From Minisyncoccota bacterium (GTDB lineage: Bacteria > Patescibacteriota > Minisyncoccia > Phycocordibacterales > XYD1-FULL-46-19): DNA of 64,000 nt. Below the pieces are notes generated by a model. That model did not search any database. It was given only the letters and a program-made list of their open reading frames with translations, and was not told the origin of the DNA. How positions within the stretch are numbered: the first letter of the stretch is position 1; each line of letters opens with the position of its first letter. The stretch is from contig JBBDJY010000016.1 of assembly GCA_040879645.1 (NCBI GenBank), forward strand, positions 11,064-75,063, read 5' to 3'. Both the position numbers and the translations under genes were made by a program. Shown one piece after another: positions 49,108 through 57,984 of this stretch.

Positions 49108-51726
49108 ATGAAAAAAATAAATCAGTCTTATCTCGTAGGGTTTGGTAAATCTAATTTTGCCTTCACCCTAATTGAGACGCTCTTGGTCATCTCCATCATT
49201 ACTCTCTTATCCAGTTTGATCTTGCCTAACCTGAACCTTGTCCGAAACAAAGCTCTGGTGACGGTGGCGAAAGAAAATCTCCGTCAATTGGAAAATTCTC
49301 TGGCGTTGTTTGAGTTTGATCACGGTTATTATCCCGGTCAGCCCGGCCGAACCGAGAGTAATCAAGATGTTGGTGGTTGGAGTCCTGCCCCAGGGGGACT
49401 CCAAGCCAGTCTGGTGCCCAAGTATATTTCTAAATTACCCGATAATCCGCAGATCACCTATTCTTATAAGCTCGAATCTTGCCCAGGTAATCAAAATCAA
49501 AATCAGGGTTGTAGCTTTAGTTTATCTGCTTATTTAGGTAGTGGAAACAATCATAGAAATAATGAAGAAATCGATGATAAGATAGGCGGGGTTGTTGTTT
49601 CCAACGAAGATCGACGGCCAGATCTCGGTAAATTTGATATCCCTTCAATCGAAGAAGAAGTTAAAGACGAAGTAATCAAGATCGCCAAGGAAAACGAAGA
49701 ATGTTTTGATGGATTAGATAACAATGAGGATGGCAAAATCGACTTTGATGATTTTGGTTGTTTTGGTCCCAATGGTCAAGAGACTGATGCGGATTATGGC
49801 TGGACAACCTTTATCCCTCATCCGACAACCAGAATTGTTTATGTTAGCTCAAGCGAGGGAAATGACTCTAATAACGGTTTAAGTCCGTCAAAGCCGGTGA
49901 AAACGATTTCGAAGGGTCTTTCGTTGATACGGAATAATCACCCCGACTGGTTGCTTTTACGACGGGGCGATACTTGGGGGAATGCCGATTTTATAGACAG
50001 AAATGGTCTGTCTGAAGAGCATATGATAGTCGTTAGTTCTTATGGTGAGAATACGGAACGACCTAAACTTGTTTTTAGTACTAATAAGGGGTTACGTCTT
50101 TGGGGAGTAAAAAATTTTGCTCTGGTTGGATTGGAGATCTATCCTCAAAAACGTGATCCGAATTCTCCCAAGTTCCTCTCGTCGACTAGTGTTAGCGGGG
50201 GGATATCTATTCTCTTTAAAAATGAGAACGTTTTACTGGAAGATAATCATCTCCGTTATGGTGGCTTAAACATTCAAGATTACGGGGGAGGTTGGGAGAA
50301 TGTCAAAGTCAGACGCAATGTAATCGCTTATTCTTATAGTACTGATAGCCATGCGCAAGGCATTTTTACCAAAGGTAAAGGGAAGTTGTTGATCGAAGAG
50401 AATGTCCTGCATCATAATGGTTGGAACGATGATTTTCGGTTTGAAGTTATTCCCGGCAACAGTGACCCGGCGGCTTGGGCGTCTATCACTGATGGTCATT
50501 TCCAGATTAATCTGGCGACATCCCGTATCACTACTAGCCCTTTTAAAATTTCGGGCGTCAATTTCACTGGCGATACCACGATGTTTGATGTTGCCCAAAC
50601 TATAGAAGACGCAATTAATGTTGCGGTGGGTAAACCTGGGGCAGTAACTTTTGATTGGACTGGCGCGGTCTTTGTTTTGAAAAGCGACACTTTTGTTTCT
50701 AGCGACAAATACTCTCTAGCGACTTTATCTGGCGGTGAAGGGACAAATATCTCTCTTGATACGTGGCTTAATCGGTCGTCTTTACGTAAGCCGGAATCTA
50801 CTATTTTCAATCGTAATATGTATTTAAGTTACGGCTATGGCAACACTACACTGCGGGGAAATATTGATTCCAAAGGCGCTTCTGGGGGCGTTCAATTGCG
50901 AATGGGTGGTCTGATCGAAGACAATTTGTTTTTACGTAATCCCATCTCTATTACTGTTGGTCACAAGCAAAATCCGGCTAAGTCAACCATCGGTGGAATG
51001 ATTAGAAGGAATGTTATTTTGGGGGCTAGAGATATTGATACTCAAGCTCAAGGCGGAGGTATTTCGGCTGAATCAACGAACACTAAATCTTATGGTCACA
51101 ATTATTTTGACGGTATTTATATTTACGATAATATTATTGCTCACAACGAATTAGGTACTGGTAATAGTAAGGCCATTAGTTTAGGAGCTGCTTCTGGTTC
51201 TAAAAACGCTCATATTTATAATAATGTTGTCTATAATTGGCGCAATAACACCGGTAGTGCCACTGACCATCGTGGTTCTGGTCTAGATTTATATGTGCCG
51301 AGTGATTTTACTGGAGGGTCTGTCTACAGTAATTGGATTATTCAGCCAAACAAAGGCTTTGTGATTTCTACTAGTGAGAGTAGTGCCCGTAAGTTTAACT
51401 TTTACGATAATGCCTATTTTAGTACCAGTGGGCATCCTGGAACCTGGAGCAGTACTTGGTTTCGGTTTGGTGGGTCGACAATTGTCCCTTTTACCGACTG
51501 GGTTAATATCACTGGCGACACTAGCACCAAACTTACAGCTGTTCCTAATTTCCGTGACCCCAAGCGAGATATTGATACTTATGCCGGCTCTTTGGGATTT
51601 GCGCCAACCTACGAGGCCTTTATGGAGGAGGCAATGAAACAGTCTCGCTTCAATTGGCGACCAGAATTGACCGCTTATGCGGTTAATGAATATATCAGGG
51701 AAGGTTTTGAAATTGTTAATCAATGA
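49108..51726 (+). CDS. Type IV pilin-like N-terminus fused to a Ca-binding motif and a right-handed beta-helix domain
   Basis: A|FTLIETLLVISII prepilin motif; ECFDGLDNNEDGKIDFDDFGC; VYVSSSEGNDSNNGLSP..P.KT and repeated xxxxEDN/RRN/YNN beta-helix rungs. Confidence 0.8.
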   Translation: MKKINQSYLVGFGKSNFAFTLIETLLVISIITLLSSLILPNLNLVRNKALVTVAKENLRQLENSLALFEFDHGYYPGQPGRTESNQDVGGWSPAPGGLQASLVPKYISKLPDNPQITYSYKLESCPGNQNQNQGCSFSLSAYLGSGNNHRNNEEIDDKIGGVVVSNEDRRPDLGKFDIPSIEEEVKDEVIKIAKENEECFDGLDNNEDGKIDFDDFGCFGPNGQETDADYGWTTFIPHPTTRIVYVSSSEGNDSNNGLSPSKPVKTISKGLSLIRNNHPDWLLLRRGDTWGNADFIDRNGLSEEHMIVVSSYGENTERPKLVFSTNKGLRLWGVKNFALVGLEIYPQKRDPNSPKFLSSTSVSGGISILFKNENVLLEDNHLRYGGLNIQDYGGGWENVKVRRNVIAYSYSTDSHAQGIFTKGKGKLLIEENVLHHNGWNDDFRFEVIPGNSDPAAWASITDGHFQINLATSRITTSPFKISGVNFTGDTTMFDVAQTIEDAINVAVGKPGAVTFDWTGAVFVLKSDTFVSSDKYSLATLSGGEGTNISLDTWLNRSSLRKPESTIFNRNMYLSYGYGNTTLRGNIDSKGASGGVQLRMGGLIEDNLFLRNPISITVGHKQNPAKSTIGGMIRRNVILGARDIDTQAQGGGISAESTNTKSYGHNYFDGIYIYDNIIAHNELGTGNSKAISLGAASGSKNAHIYNNVVYNWRNNTGSATDHRGSGLDLYVPSDFTGGSVYSNWIIQPNKGFVISTSESSARKFNFYDNAYFSTSGHPGTWSSTWFRFGGSTIVPFTDWVNITGDTSTKLTAVPNFRDPKRDIDTYAGSLGFAPTYEAFMEEAMKQSRFNWRPELTAYAVNEYIREGFEIVNQ

Positions 51727-51809
51727 CCACTAAATTAATTATCGGGAACTGGAAGATGAATCCGGCGACCCTGAAGGAGGCCAAGGCGATTCTGGCCAAC
51801 ATCAAGAAG
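51723..51809 (+). pseudogene. tpiA: 5' fragment of triosephosphate isomerase
   Basis: MTTKLIIGNWKMNPATLKEAKAILANIKK contains the TIM GNWKMN motif; ATGA overlap with the upstream stop; similarity ends after ~29 codons. Confidence 0.8.
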
Positions 51810-51819
51810 GAGAAGAGAA

Positions 51820-52455
51820 ATGAAAATGTTAGTGACCCTGGTCTTGGTGTCGATGTTCGTGTTCGGTGGTGCTTTTGCCGACTTCTTGGTCAATAGTCAG
51901 GGGGAAGTGAAGGAGAATGAAGGATGGCGTCCGTTGACCGAGTTCGAGCAGGAGGCGGTCAACAACCCCGGTACGGAAGTGCCGATCATCGACAGTCAGG
52001 TCAAACTCGACTATCGTCGCGATGGTTTCTGGCATCTGTTTCCCATCCGCGCTTACGAGCAGGTCGTGGTTTACGGTGGTGGCTAATTACAAACCAAAGA
52101 TCAAGCCGGAGAGGTGGTGGGGGAACGGCAGATTGCTTGTCATATCATCTTGGGCTTGATTGCTATCGGTCTGATGATGGTGGGTAATCTTTTGTATTTT
52201 AAGTATGGGGGAGACGAGAAAGCCTACGTCTTTACCGTGCCCGCCTTCCTTTTCGCCATCTTTGCTGCCGCCTTTGCCACTATCTTTATCGTTTTCAAGG
52301 CTGGAGATCTTGCTAATTTCCTTGCTATGGTTTTTGCCTTTGCTCTCGCCCTCGCCCTCTGCAATCTGACGGTCAATTTTAAAAACCGAATACTCTATTA
52401 TGGTCTTTCGGTGACCTTCTACGTCCTGATGGGAGTTGCCTTGTTTACTTGGTAG
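51820..52455 (+). pseudogene. Membrane-protein paralog of 53869..54501 interrupted by one in-frame TAA
   Basis: ORFs 51820..52086 and 52114..52455 share a frame; G*LQTKDQAGEV aligns with GRLQIRYQTGTV of the intact paralog. Confidence 0.85.
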
Positions 52456-52485
52456 TTTGGCTCTGATGACATCGAAAGCTTTTTG

Positions 52486-52520
52486 GCCCGTGATTTCCGC
52501 AAGGAAATCACGGGCTTTTT
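52486..52520 (+). terminator. Intrinsic terminator
   Basis: gcccgtgatttcc-gcaa-ggaaatcacgggc-ttttt; paralogous hairpin at 54525..54558. Confidence 0.85.
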
Positions 52521-52642
52521 GTTTGTCCGGTTAAGGTTGGAATTTGTCAAGGTGTCACCACTGACGGCCAAAGTCGTTTAAATAGAGTAAATTTTACAAA
52601 ATAATTTGCTAAATCTTACAAATCAGCTATAATGGTCATATT

Positions 52643-53359
52643 ATGGCTACTTCCAAGTCGTTGCGGGAAAAAAGAAAAAAGATGGGCTTGTCACAAACAG
52701 AGTTGGCCGGTCTTTTAGGGGTGTCTCGACCAACGCTCGCCAAAATAGAAAAAAACGAAAGACCGTTAAATAAAGTTGAGACAGAAAAACTCAAAGACAT
52801 TTTTGAGTCGTTTGAGCTTGATCATCAGACACAAGGCGACATAAGAATCAATATCCCGGCCGGAAATATCAATAAGTTTAAACAAGTTTTATTATATATT
52901 TTGGAAAAAGTCGGTGCCAAACCGAATGTGGGCATGACGGTAGTGTACAAACTTCTGTATTTTATTGACTTTAACTACTACGAGAAATATGAGACCCAGT
53001 TAATGGGGCTTACTTATTTTAAAAATACTCATGGACCGACACCGCGCGAATTCAAAAAAGTGGTTGACGAAATGAAAAAATCAGGTGAATTGGTGGAGGT
53101 GGGGTCAAAATCCTTTGCTTATGATCAGAAAAAATTTTTACCTCGGCTTAAGTCCGATTTATCAGTTATTTCCGGTCAAGAGCTTGAAGTTATTGATAAT
53201 GTCTTAGACAAATATGCCGATCGGACAGCTAAACAGTTATCTCTTATGACTCATCGTGATATGCCTTGGAAGGCCACCAAACATGGCGAGAACCTTGATT
53301 ATGAACTGGCTTTTTATCGGCCGGATGAATTCTCTGTTCGGGAATATGAAGAATTGTAA
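52643..53359 (+). CDS. XRE-family HTH + SocA/Panacea (DUF4065)-like antitoxin
   Basis: LSQTELA.LLGVSRPTL.KIE; KLLYFIDF, HGP.P, L...TH.DMPW. Confidence 0.85.
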   Translation: MATSKSLREKRKKMGLSQTELAGLLGVSRPTLAKIEKNERPLNKVETEKLKDIFESFELDHQTQGDIRINIPAGNINKFKQVLLYILEKVGAKPNVGMTVVYKLLYFIDFNYYEKYETQLMGLTYFKNTHGPTPREFKKVVDEMKKSGELVEVGSKSFAYDQKKFLPRLKSDLSVISGQELEVIDNVLDKYADRTAKQLSLMTHRDMPWKATKHGENLDYELAFYRPDEFSVREYEEL

Positions 53360-53362
53360 TTA

Positions 53363-53713
53363 ATGGCCGATATGATTATTACTGAAAGTGAGGAGTTTTG
53401 CCGAGATTTCAAAAAACTCCTTAAAAAATACCGAACTCTCAAGGGTGATTTTGAGGTGGCTAAGAAAGCTATTAGTGCCGAGCCGACCGGTGATGGTAGT
53501 AAACATTGGCATATCATCAAACAGAAAGACGAGGCCTATATTTTGAAAATTCGAATGATGTGTCGAGCGGTTAAGGGGGCGTCTTTCCGCCTGGTGTACT
53601 TTTATGATGGCAAGACGGTCGAAGTTATATTTATTGAAATATTTTTTAAGGGCCGGAAAAGTCTACCTAATCAAAAGAGGATTAAGCGGATGGTTAAAAA
53701 ACTAATGGGTTGA
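53363..53713 (+). CDS. RelE-like toxin (putative)
   Basis: EF.RDFKKLLKKYRTL..DF, K.R......G..FRLVYFY, FIEIFFKG; directly behind the antitoxin-like gene. Confidence 0.7.
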   Translation: MADMIITESEEFCRDFKKLLKKYRTLKGDFEVAKKAISAEPTGDGSKHWHIIKQKDEAYILKIRMMCRAVKGASFRLVYFYDGKTVEVIFIEIFFKGRKSLPNQKRIKRMVKKLMG

Positions 53714-53758
53714 ATTTTAGATAGGAAAGTGTCAGATAAGGTGGACGAGTCCGAACCA

Positions 53759-53787
53759 TTGACATAATCATATTATATAGATATAGT
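53759..53787 (+). promoter_or_regulatory. Sigma70 promoter
   Basis: TTGACA-17 nt-TATAGT. Confidence 0.7.
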
Positions 53788-53868
53788 CCAAAAAGGTATT
53801 TTAAATTGCACTTTGTCACAAAGTCACAGATAAACCCTTTTCAAAGGGACAACTGAAGGAGAAGAAAG

Positions 53869-54501
53869 ATGAAAAAGTTAGTGATTTTTGCCCTGACTTT
53901 GATGTTCGCCTGTGGCGAAGCCCAGGCCACCGAATTCTCGATCAATGATCAAGGAGAAGTGAGGCAAGAGGAAGAAGGGTGGCGTCCGTTGACCGAGCTG
54001 GAGCAGGAAGCGGTCAACAACCCCGGTACGGAAGTGCCAATGACTGCTGTGGGGATGATTGAGTATCGTCGAGACAGTCTCTGGTATTTTTCTTCGATTG
54101 TAAACTACCAACAAGTCTTGATCTATGAGGCCGGCCGGTTGCAGATTAGGTATCAGACCGGAACGGTCGAGACCAGGCATTTCGGGAGGCATTTGGTGTT
54201 GGCTTTGGTCGCCATCTTTATGGTGATGGCAGGAAACGTGTGGAGAATAAAAAAGGAAGAAGATTTTCACATCTTCCCCATCCTCGGCGCTATCTTCGTC
54301 ACCTTCTCTACCTTTCTTCTCGCCTCAATTGACGCTGGCACACCGAGCGGTCTTCTCTGCCTTTTCGCCTTCGCCGCAATCGTCGTTTCTTTTTTTAGCG
54401 TCGTTCTCGCTGGAGATGAGAAAACGAACAGAGCCTTTTACTGGTCGGCTTCGGGGGTTTTCTACTTCATGCTGGTAATGGTCATTTTTGCCGTCTGGTA
54501 A
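53869..54501 (+). CDS. Hypothetical membrane protein (signal peptide, small exported domain, ~4 TM)
   Basis: SD GAAGGAG; GWRPLTELEQEAVNNPGTEVP shared with the 51820 paralog; hydrophobic C-terminal half. Confidence 0.8.
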   Translation: MKKLVIFALTLMFACGEAQATEFSINDQGEVRQEEEGWRPLTELEQEAVNNPGTEVPMTAVGMIEYRRDSLWYFSSIVNYQQVLIYEAGRLQIRYQTGTVETRHFGRHLVLALVAIFMVMAGNVWRIKKEEDFHIFPILGAIFVTFSTFLLASIDAGTPSGLLCLFAFAAIVVSFFSVVLAGDEKTNRAFYWSASGVFYFMLVMVIFAVW

Positions 54502-54631
54502 TGGCCGTGTTGAGAATTTTTTGCCCCGTGATTTCCTTTTGGAAACCACGGGCTTTTTGTTTGTCTGTTTGAGCCGGAATTTGTCAAGGTGACACCTTGA
54601 CAAATTGGATGGGGTGGACGAGTGCAAAAAT

Positions 54632-54660
54632 TTGACAAATATTCGTCCTTACGCTACACT
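54632..54660 (+). promoter_or_regulatory. Sigma70 promoter upstream of rpoB
   Basis: TTGACA-17 nt-TACACT. Confidence 0.7.
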
Positions 54661-54807
54661 GGTTCCACAACGGCAAGATTGAGTTATGGTTGGGCCGGTT
54701 TAAGTATCTTGCTAAATCTCTCCATTTGATTTGCGACACGCCTTCAATCTCAATTGAAGGGGACAATTTTTGTTTTTATTATCGGCGATTTTAATAATTC
54801 AATTATT

Positions 54808-57800
54808 ATGCAACAAAAATATTTTTCTCGAGCCAAACCGGCCTTGGCCGAAATTCCTAACTTGGTTGAGGTCCAGCTCAAATCTTATCAGTGGCTGGTG
54901 ACCGAAGGCCTGAAGGATGTCTTTGAGGAGTTTTCGCCGATTAAAGATTACTCGGAGAAAAAATTTGAATTAAGTTTTACTCATTTTGAATTAGACAAGC
55001 CGAAATTTAGCGAATACCACGCCAAAGCCAATAAATTGTCTTATGATGCCCCGTTGCGTATTCGGGTTAAATTAAAGAATAAGACTTTGGGTCAGGAAAA
55101 AGAGCAAGAAATCTTCTTGGCTGATTTTCCGGTGATGACTGCCCATGGTACTTTTATCGTCAATGGTATTGAGCGAGTGGTGGTGCCGCAATTATCTCGC
55201 AGTTCCGGCGTTATTTTTTCGGCTAATACTTTGCGGGGCCGGAAACGTTTTGGCGCCAAGATTATTCCCGGTCGGGGTGCTTGGGTGGAAATTGAAACCG
55301 AAGCTGATGGAGCGATTTATGTTCGCATTGACCGCAAGCGTAAGTTTCCAGTAACTTCCCTGTTGCGGATTTTTGCCGATATTGAGGGCCGGGCGACTGG
55401 CGACAAGGAGCTTTTGGCCGTTTTTGACAAGAAAAAGATTGATCTCGGTTATGTTGAACGGTCGTTGGAAAAAGATCACGCCAAAACGGCGGAGGAATCT
55501 TATGTCGAAATCTACAAACGCCTGCGAGATGCCGATTTGGCGACGGCCGCCAATTCCCGGGAGTTTTTAACCACTTTATTCAGCCGGGAAAAATATGATT
55601 TCTCGGTGGTTGGCCGGTTGCGTTTCAATGAGCGTTTTGGCAAGCCGGTTGGCGAGAAAATCCGCGAAGACCGGGTAATTACTTTTGATGACTTGGTGAC
55701 GATTGTGACTCATATTATTATACTAAACGACACTAAGGATGCCAAAGAAGATGATATTGACCACTTGGGTTTCAGGCGAGTGCGAGTGGTTGGCGAAATG
55801 TTGCAACAAAAATTGAAAGTCGGCATGACGCAAATGAAGCGAAACATCCAAGACCGGATGTCGACGGTTGATTCGACGACGATGTTACCGATTCAAATTA
55901 TTTCTCCCCGTCCGCTTCAAGCTCGACTGAAAGAATTTTTCACTACCAATCAACTGTCGCAATTTATGAACCAGGATAACTTTCTCCATGAAGTTGAACA
56001 CTTGCGGACGCTTTCGGCTCTCGGTCCCGGTGGTTTGACTCGCGAGCGAGCCGGTCTGGATGTCCGTGATGTCCACACTTCCCACTATGGCCGGGTTTGT
56101 CCGATTCATACACCTGAAGGACCAAATATCGGTTTGATTTTGCGTTTGGCCACTTACGCTCGCTTAAATGAATTTGGCATTATTGAGGCGCCGTATCGGA
56201 AGGTCAAGAACGGCAAAATTACCGAAGAACTGGTTTATTTAAACGCGCTGGAAGAAGAAAAATACAATATTGCTCATGCCGGTGTCGCTTATGACGAGGC
56301 CGGCCGATTATTGGATGAGATGGTGGAGGTACGCAAAGCCGGCCGACCGACTTTGGCTGAAGTGGCCAAGGTTGATTTTATCGATGTCGCGACCAATCAA
56401 GCCTATTCGATTGCCACCTCAATGATTCCGTTTTTGGAACACAATGATGCCAACCGCGCTTTAATGGGTTCCAATATGCAGAAGCAATCGGTACCTTGTG
56501 TTAAACCGGAAGCGCCCTTGGTGGCGACCGGGATTGAAGAAAAAGCTGCCCGTGATTCTGGCCGGTTGGTTTACGCTTTACGAGCCGGCACGGTGGCTTA
56601 TGCCGACGGCAAAAAGATTTTAATTGACGCCGGCGAAAAGAAATTTGACGAATACCTATTGATTAATTATTCCAAAACCAATGACAGCACGATTTTTCAT
56701 CAGCGGCCGGTCGTTCGGCCGGGGGATAAGGTTAAAAAAAGTCAACTTTTGGCCGACGCTTCTTCCAGTGTTGACGGACAAATGTCGGTTGGTCAAAACG
56801 CCCTGGTTTGCTTTATGTCTTGGTATGGCAGTAATTACGAAGACGCGATTATTATTTCCGAACGGTTGGTTAAGGAGAATAAATTCTCGAGTATTTACAT
56901 TGAAGAATTTACCGTTAATGTCCGGGATACCAAGTTGGGGCCGGAAGTGACCACTCATGACATCCCCAATGTCGGCGAGGTTAAATTAAAAAACTTGGAC
57001 GAAGAAGGGATTATCCGGGTCGGAGCCGAAGTTAGTCCCGGTGATATTTTAGTCGGGAAAATCACACCGAAAGGCGAAACCGAATTAACGCCGGAAGAAC
57101 GCTTATTGCGCTCAATTTTCGGCGAAAAGGCTCGGGATGTTAAGGATTCTTCCTTACGAGTGCCTCATGGCAAACGGGGACGAGTCATTGGTGTTAAAGT
57201 CTTTTCCCGCGAACAAGGTGACAAATTGGAATCAGGGATTATTAAGCGTATTTATGTTCAAGTGGCGCAAATGCGTAATGTTTCGGTTGGTGACAAGTTG
57301 GCCGGCCGGCACGGTAATAAGGGGGTTATTTCCCGGGTCTTACCGGAAGAGGATATGCCTTATTTGGCCGATGGTACGCCGGTGGATGTTATCCTAACGC
57401 CTCTAGGTGTGCCATCCCGGATGAATTTGGGCCAGATTTTTGAAATGCACTTGGGCCTGGCCGCCCACACTCTCGGTTATCAGGCAATTAGTCCGGTCTT
57501 TATGGGAGTAACCGCTGATGAGGTCAAGGGTGAATTGGTCAAAGCCGGTTACGATCAATCCGGCAAGGTCAAATTATATGACGGTTATACCGGTGAAGCC
57601 TTTAATCAGGATATTGCTATCGGTTATATGTATATTCTGAAATTGGCCCACATGGTTGAAGACAAAATCCATATGCGTTCGATTGGGCCGTATTCGCTTA
57701 TTACCCAGCAACCGCTCGGCGGTCGCAGTCAAGGTGGCGGTCAGCGTTTTGGCGAAATGGAAGTTTGGGCTTTGGAAGGTTACGGTGCCGCTTATGCTTT

Positions 57801-57978
57801 GCGCGAAATGTTGACGATTAAATCCGATGACATTGTCGGCCGGTCGCAAACCTTTGATTCGATTGTTAAGGGCGAGTCGATTAAACCGCCAAATATTCCG
57901 GCGTCTTTCAATGTCATGCTAAACGAATTGCGAGGCTTGGCTTTGGATGTCGAATTGAAACTTATTGAAGATAAATAA
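54808..57978 (+). CDS. rpoB: RNA polymerase beta subunit
   Basis: GTFIVNG.ERVVV.Q, DDIDHLG.RR, HYGRVCPI.TPEGPNIGL, GDKLAGRHGNKG, GGQRFGEMEVWALE. Confidence 0.98.
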   Translation: MQQKYFSRAKPALAEIPNLVEVQLKSYQWLVTEGLKDVFEEFSPIKDYSEKKFELSFTHFELDKPKFSEYHAKANKLSYDAPLRIRVKLKNKTLGQEKEQEIFLADFPVMTAHGTFIVNGIERVVVPQLSRSSGVIFSANTLRGRKRFGAKIIPGRGAWVEIETEADGAIYVRIDRKRKFPVTSLLRIFADIEGRATGDKELLAVFDKKKIDLGYVERSLEKDHAKTAEESYVEIYKRLRDADLATAANSREFLTTLFSREKYDFSVVGRLRFNERFGKPVGEKIREDRVITFDDLVTIVTHIIILNDTKDAKEDDIDHLGFRRVRVVGEMLQQKLKVGMTQMKRNIQDRMSTVDSTTMLPIQIISPRPLQARLKEFFTTNQLSQFMNQDNFLHEVEHLRTLSALGPGGLTRERAGLDVRDVHTSHYGRVCPIHTPEGPNIGLILRLATYARLNEFGIIEAPYRKVKNGKITEELVYLNALEEEKYNIAHAGVAYDEAGRLLDEMVEVRKAGRPTLAEVAKVDFIDVATNQAYSIATSMIPFLEHNDANRALMGSNMQKQSVPCVKPEAPLVATGIEEKAARDSGRLVYALRAGTVAYADGKKILIDAGEKKFDEYLLINYSKTNDSTIFHQRPVVRPGDKVKKSQLLADASSSVDGQMSVGQNALVCFMSWYGSNYEDAIIISERLVKENKFSSIYIEEFTVNVRDTKLGPEVTTHDIPNVGEVKLKNLDEEGIIRVGAEVSPGDILVGKITPKGETELTPEERLLRSIFGEKARDVKDSSLRVPHGKRGRVIGVKVFSREQGDKLESGIIKRIYVQVAQMRNVSVGDKLAGRHGNKGVISRVLPEEDMPYLADGTPVDVILTPLGVPSRMNLGQIFEMHLGLAAHTLGYQAISPVFMGVTADEVKGELVKAGYDQSGKVKLYDGYTGEAFNQDIAIGYMYILKLAHMVEDKIHMRSIGPYSLITQQPLGGRSQGGGQRFGEMEVWALEGYGAAYALREMLTIKSDDIVGRSQTFDSIVKGESIKPPNIPASFNVMLNELRGLALDVELKLIEDK

Positions 57979-57984
57979 AATATT

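Larger units (their letters stand above)
48909..54606. mobile_element. Accessory island between trmD and rpoB delimited by three ~60-bp junction repeats containing REP-C
   Basis: Related copies at 48909..48976, 52505..52571 and 54543..54606. Confidence 0.7.

Noticed and set aside
2501-54606. REP-C as a portable bidirectional promoter (TTGACA on both strands)
   Set aside because: No convincing -10 box at ~17 nt downstream of the plus-strand copies checked (2521, 40545, 54597).
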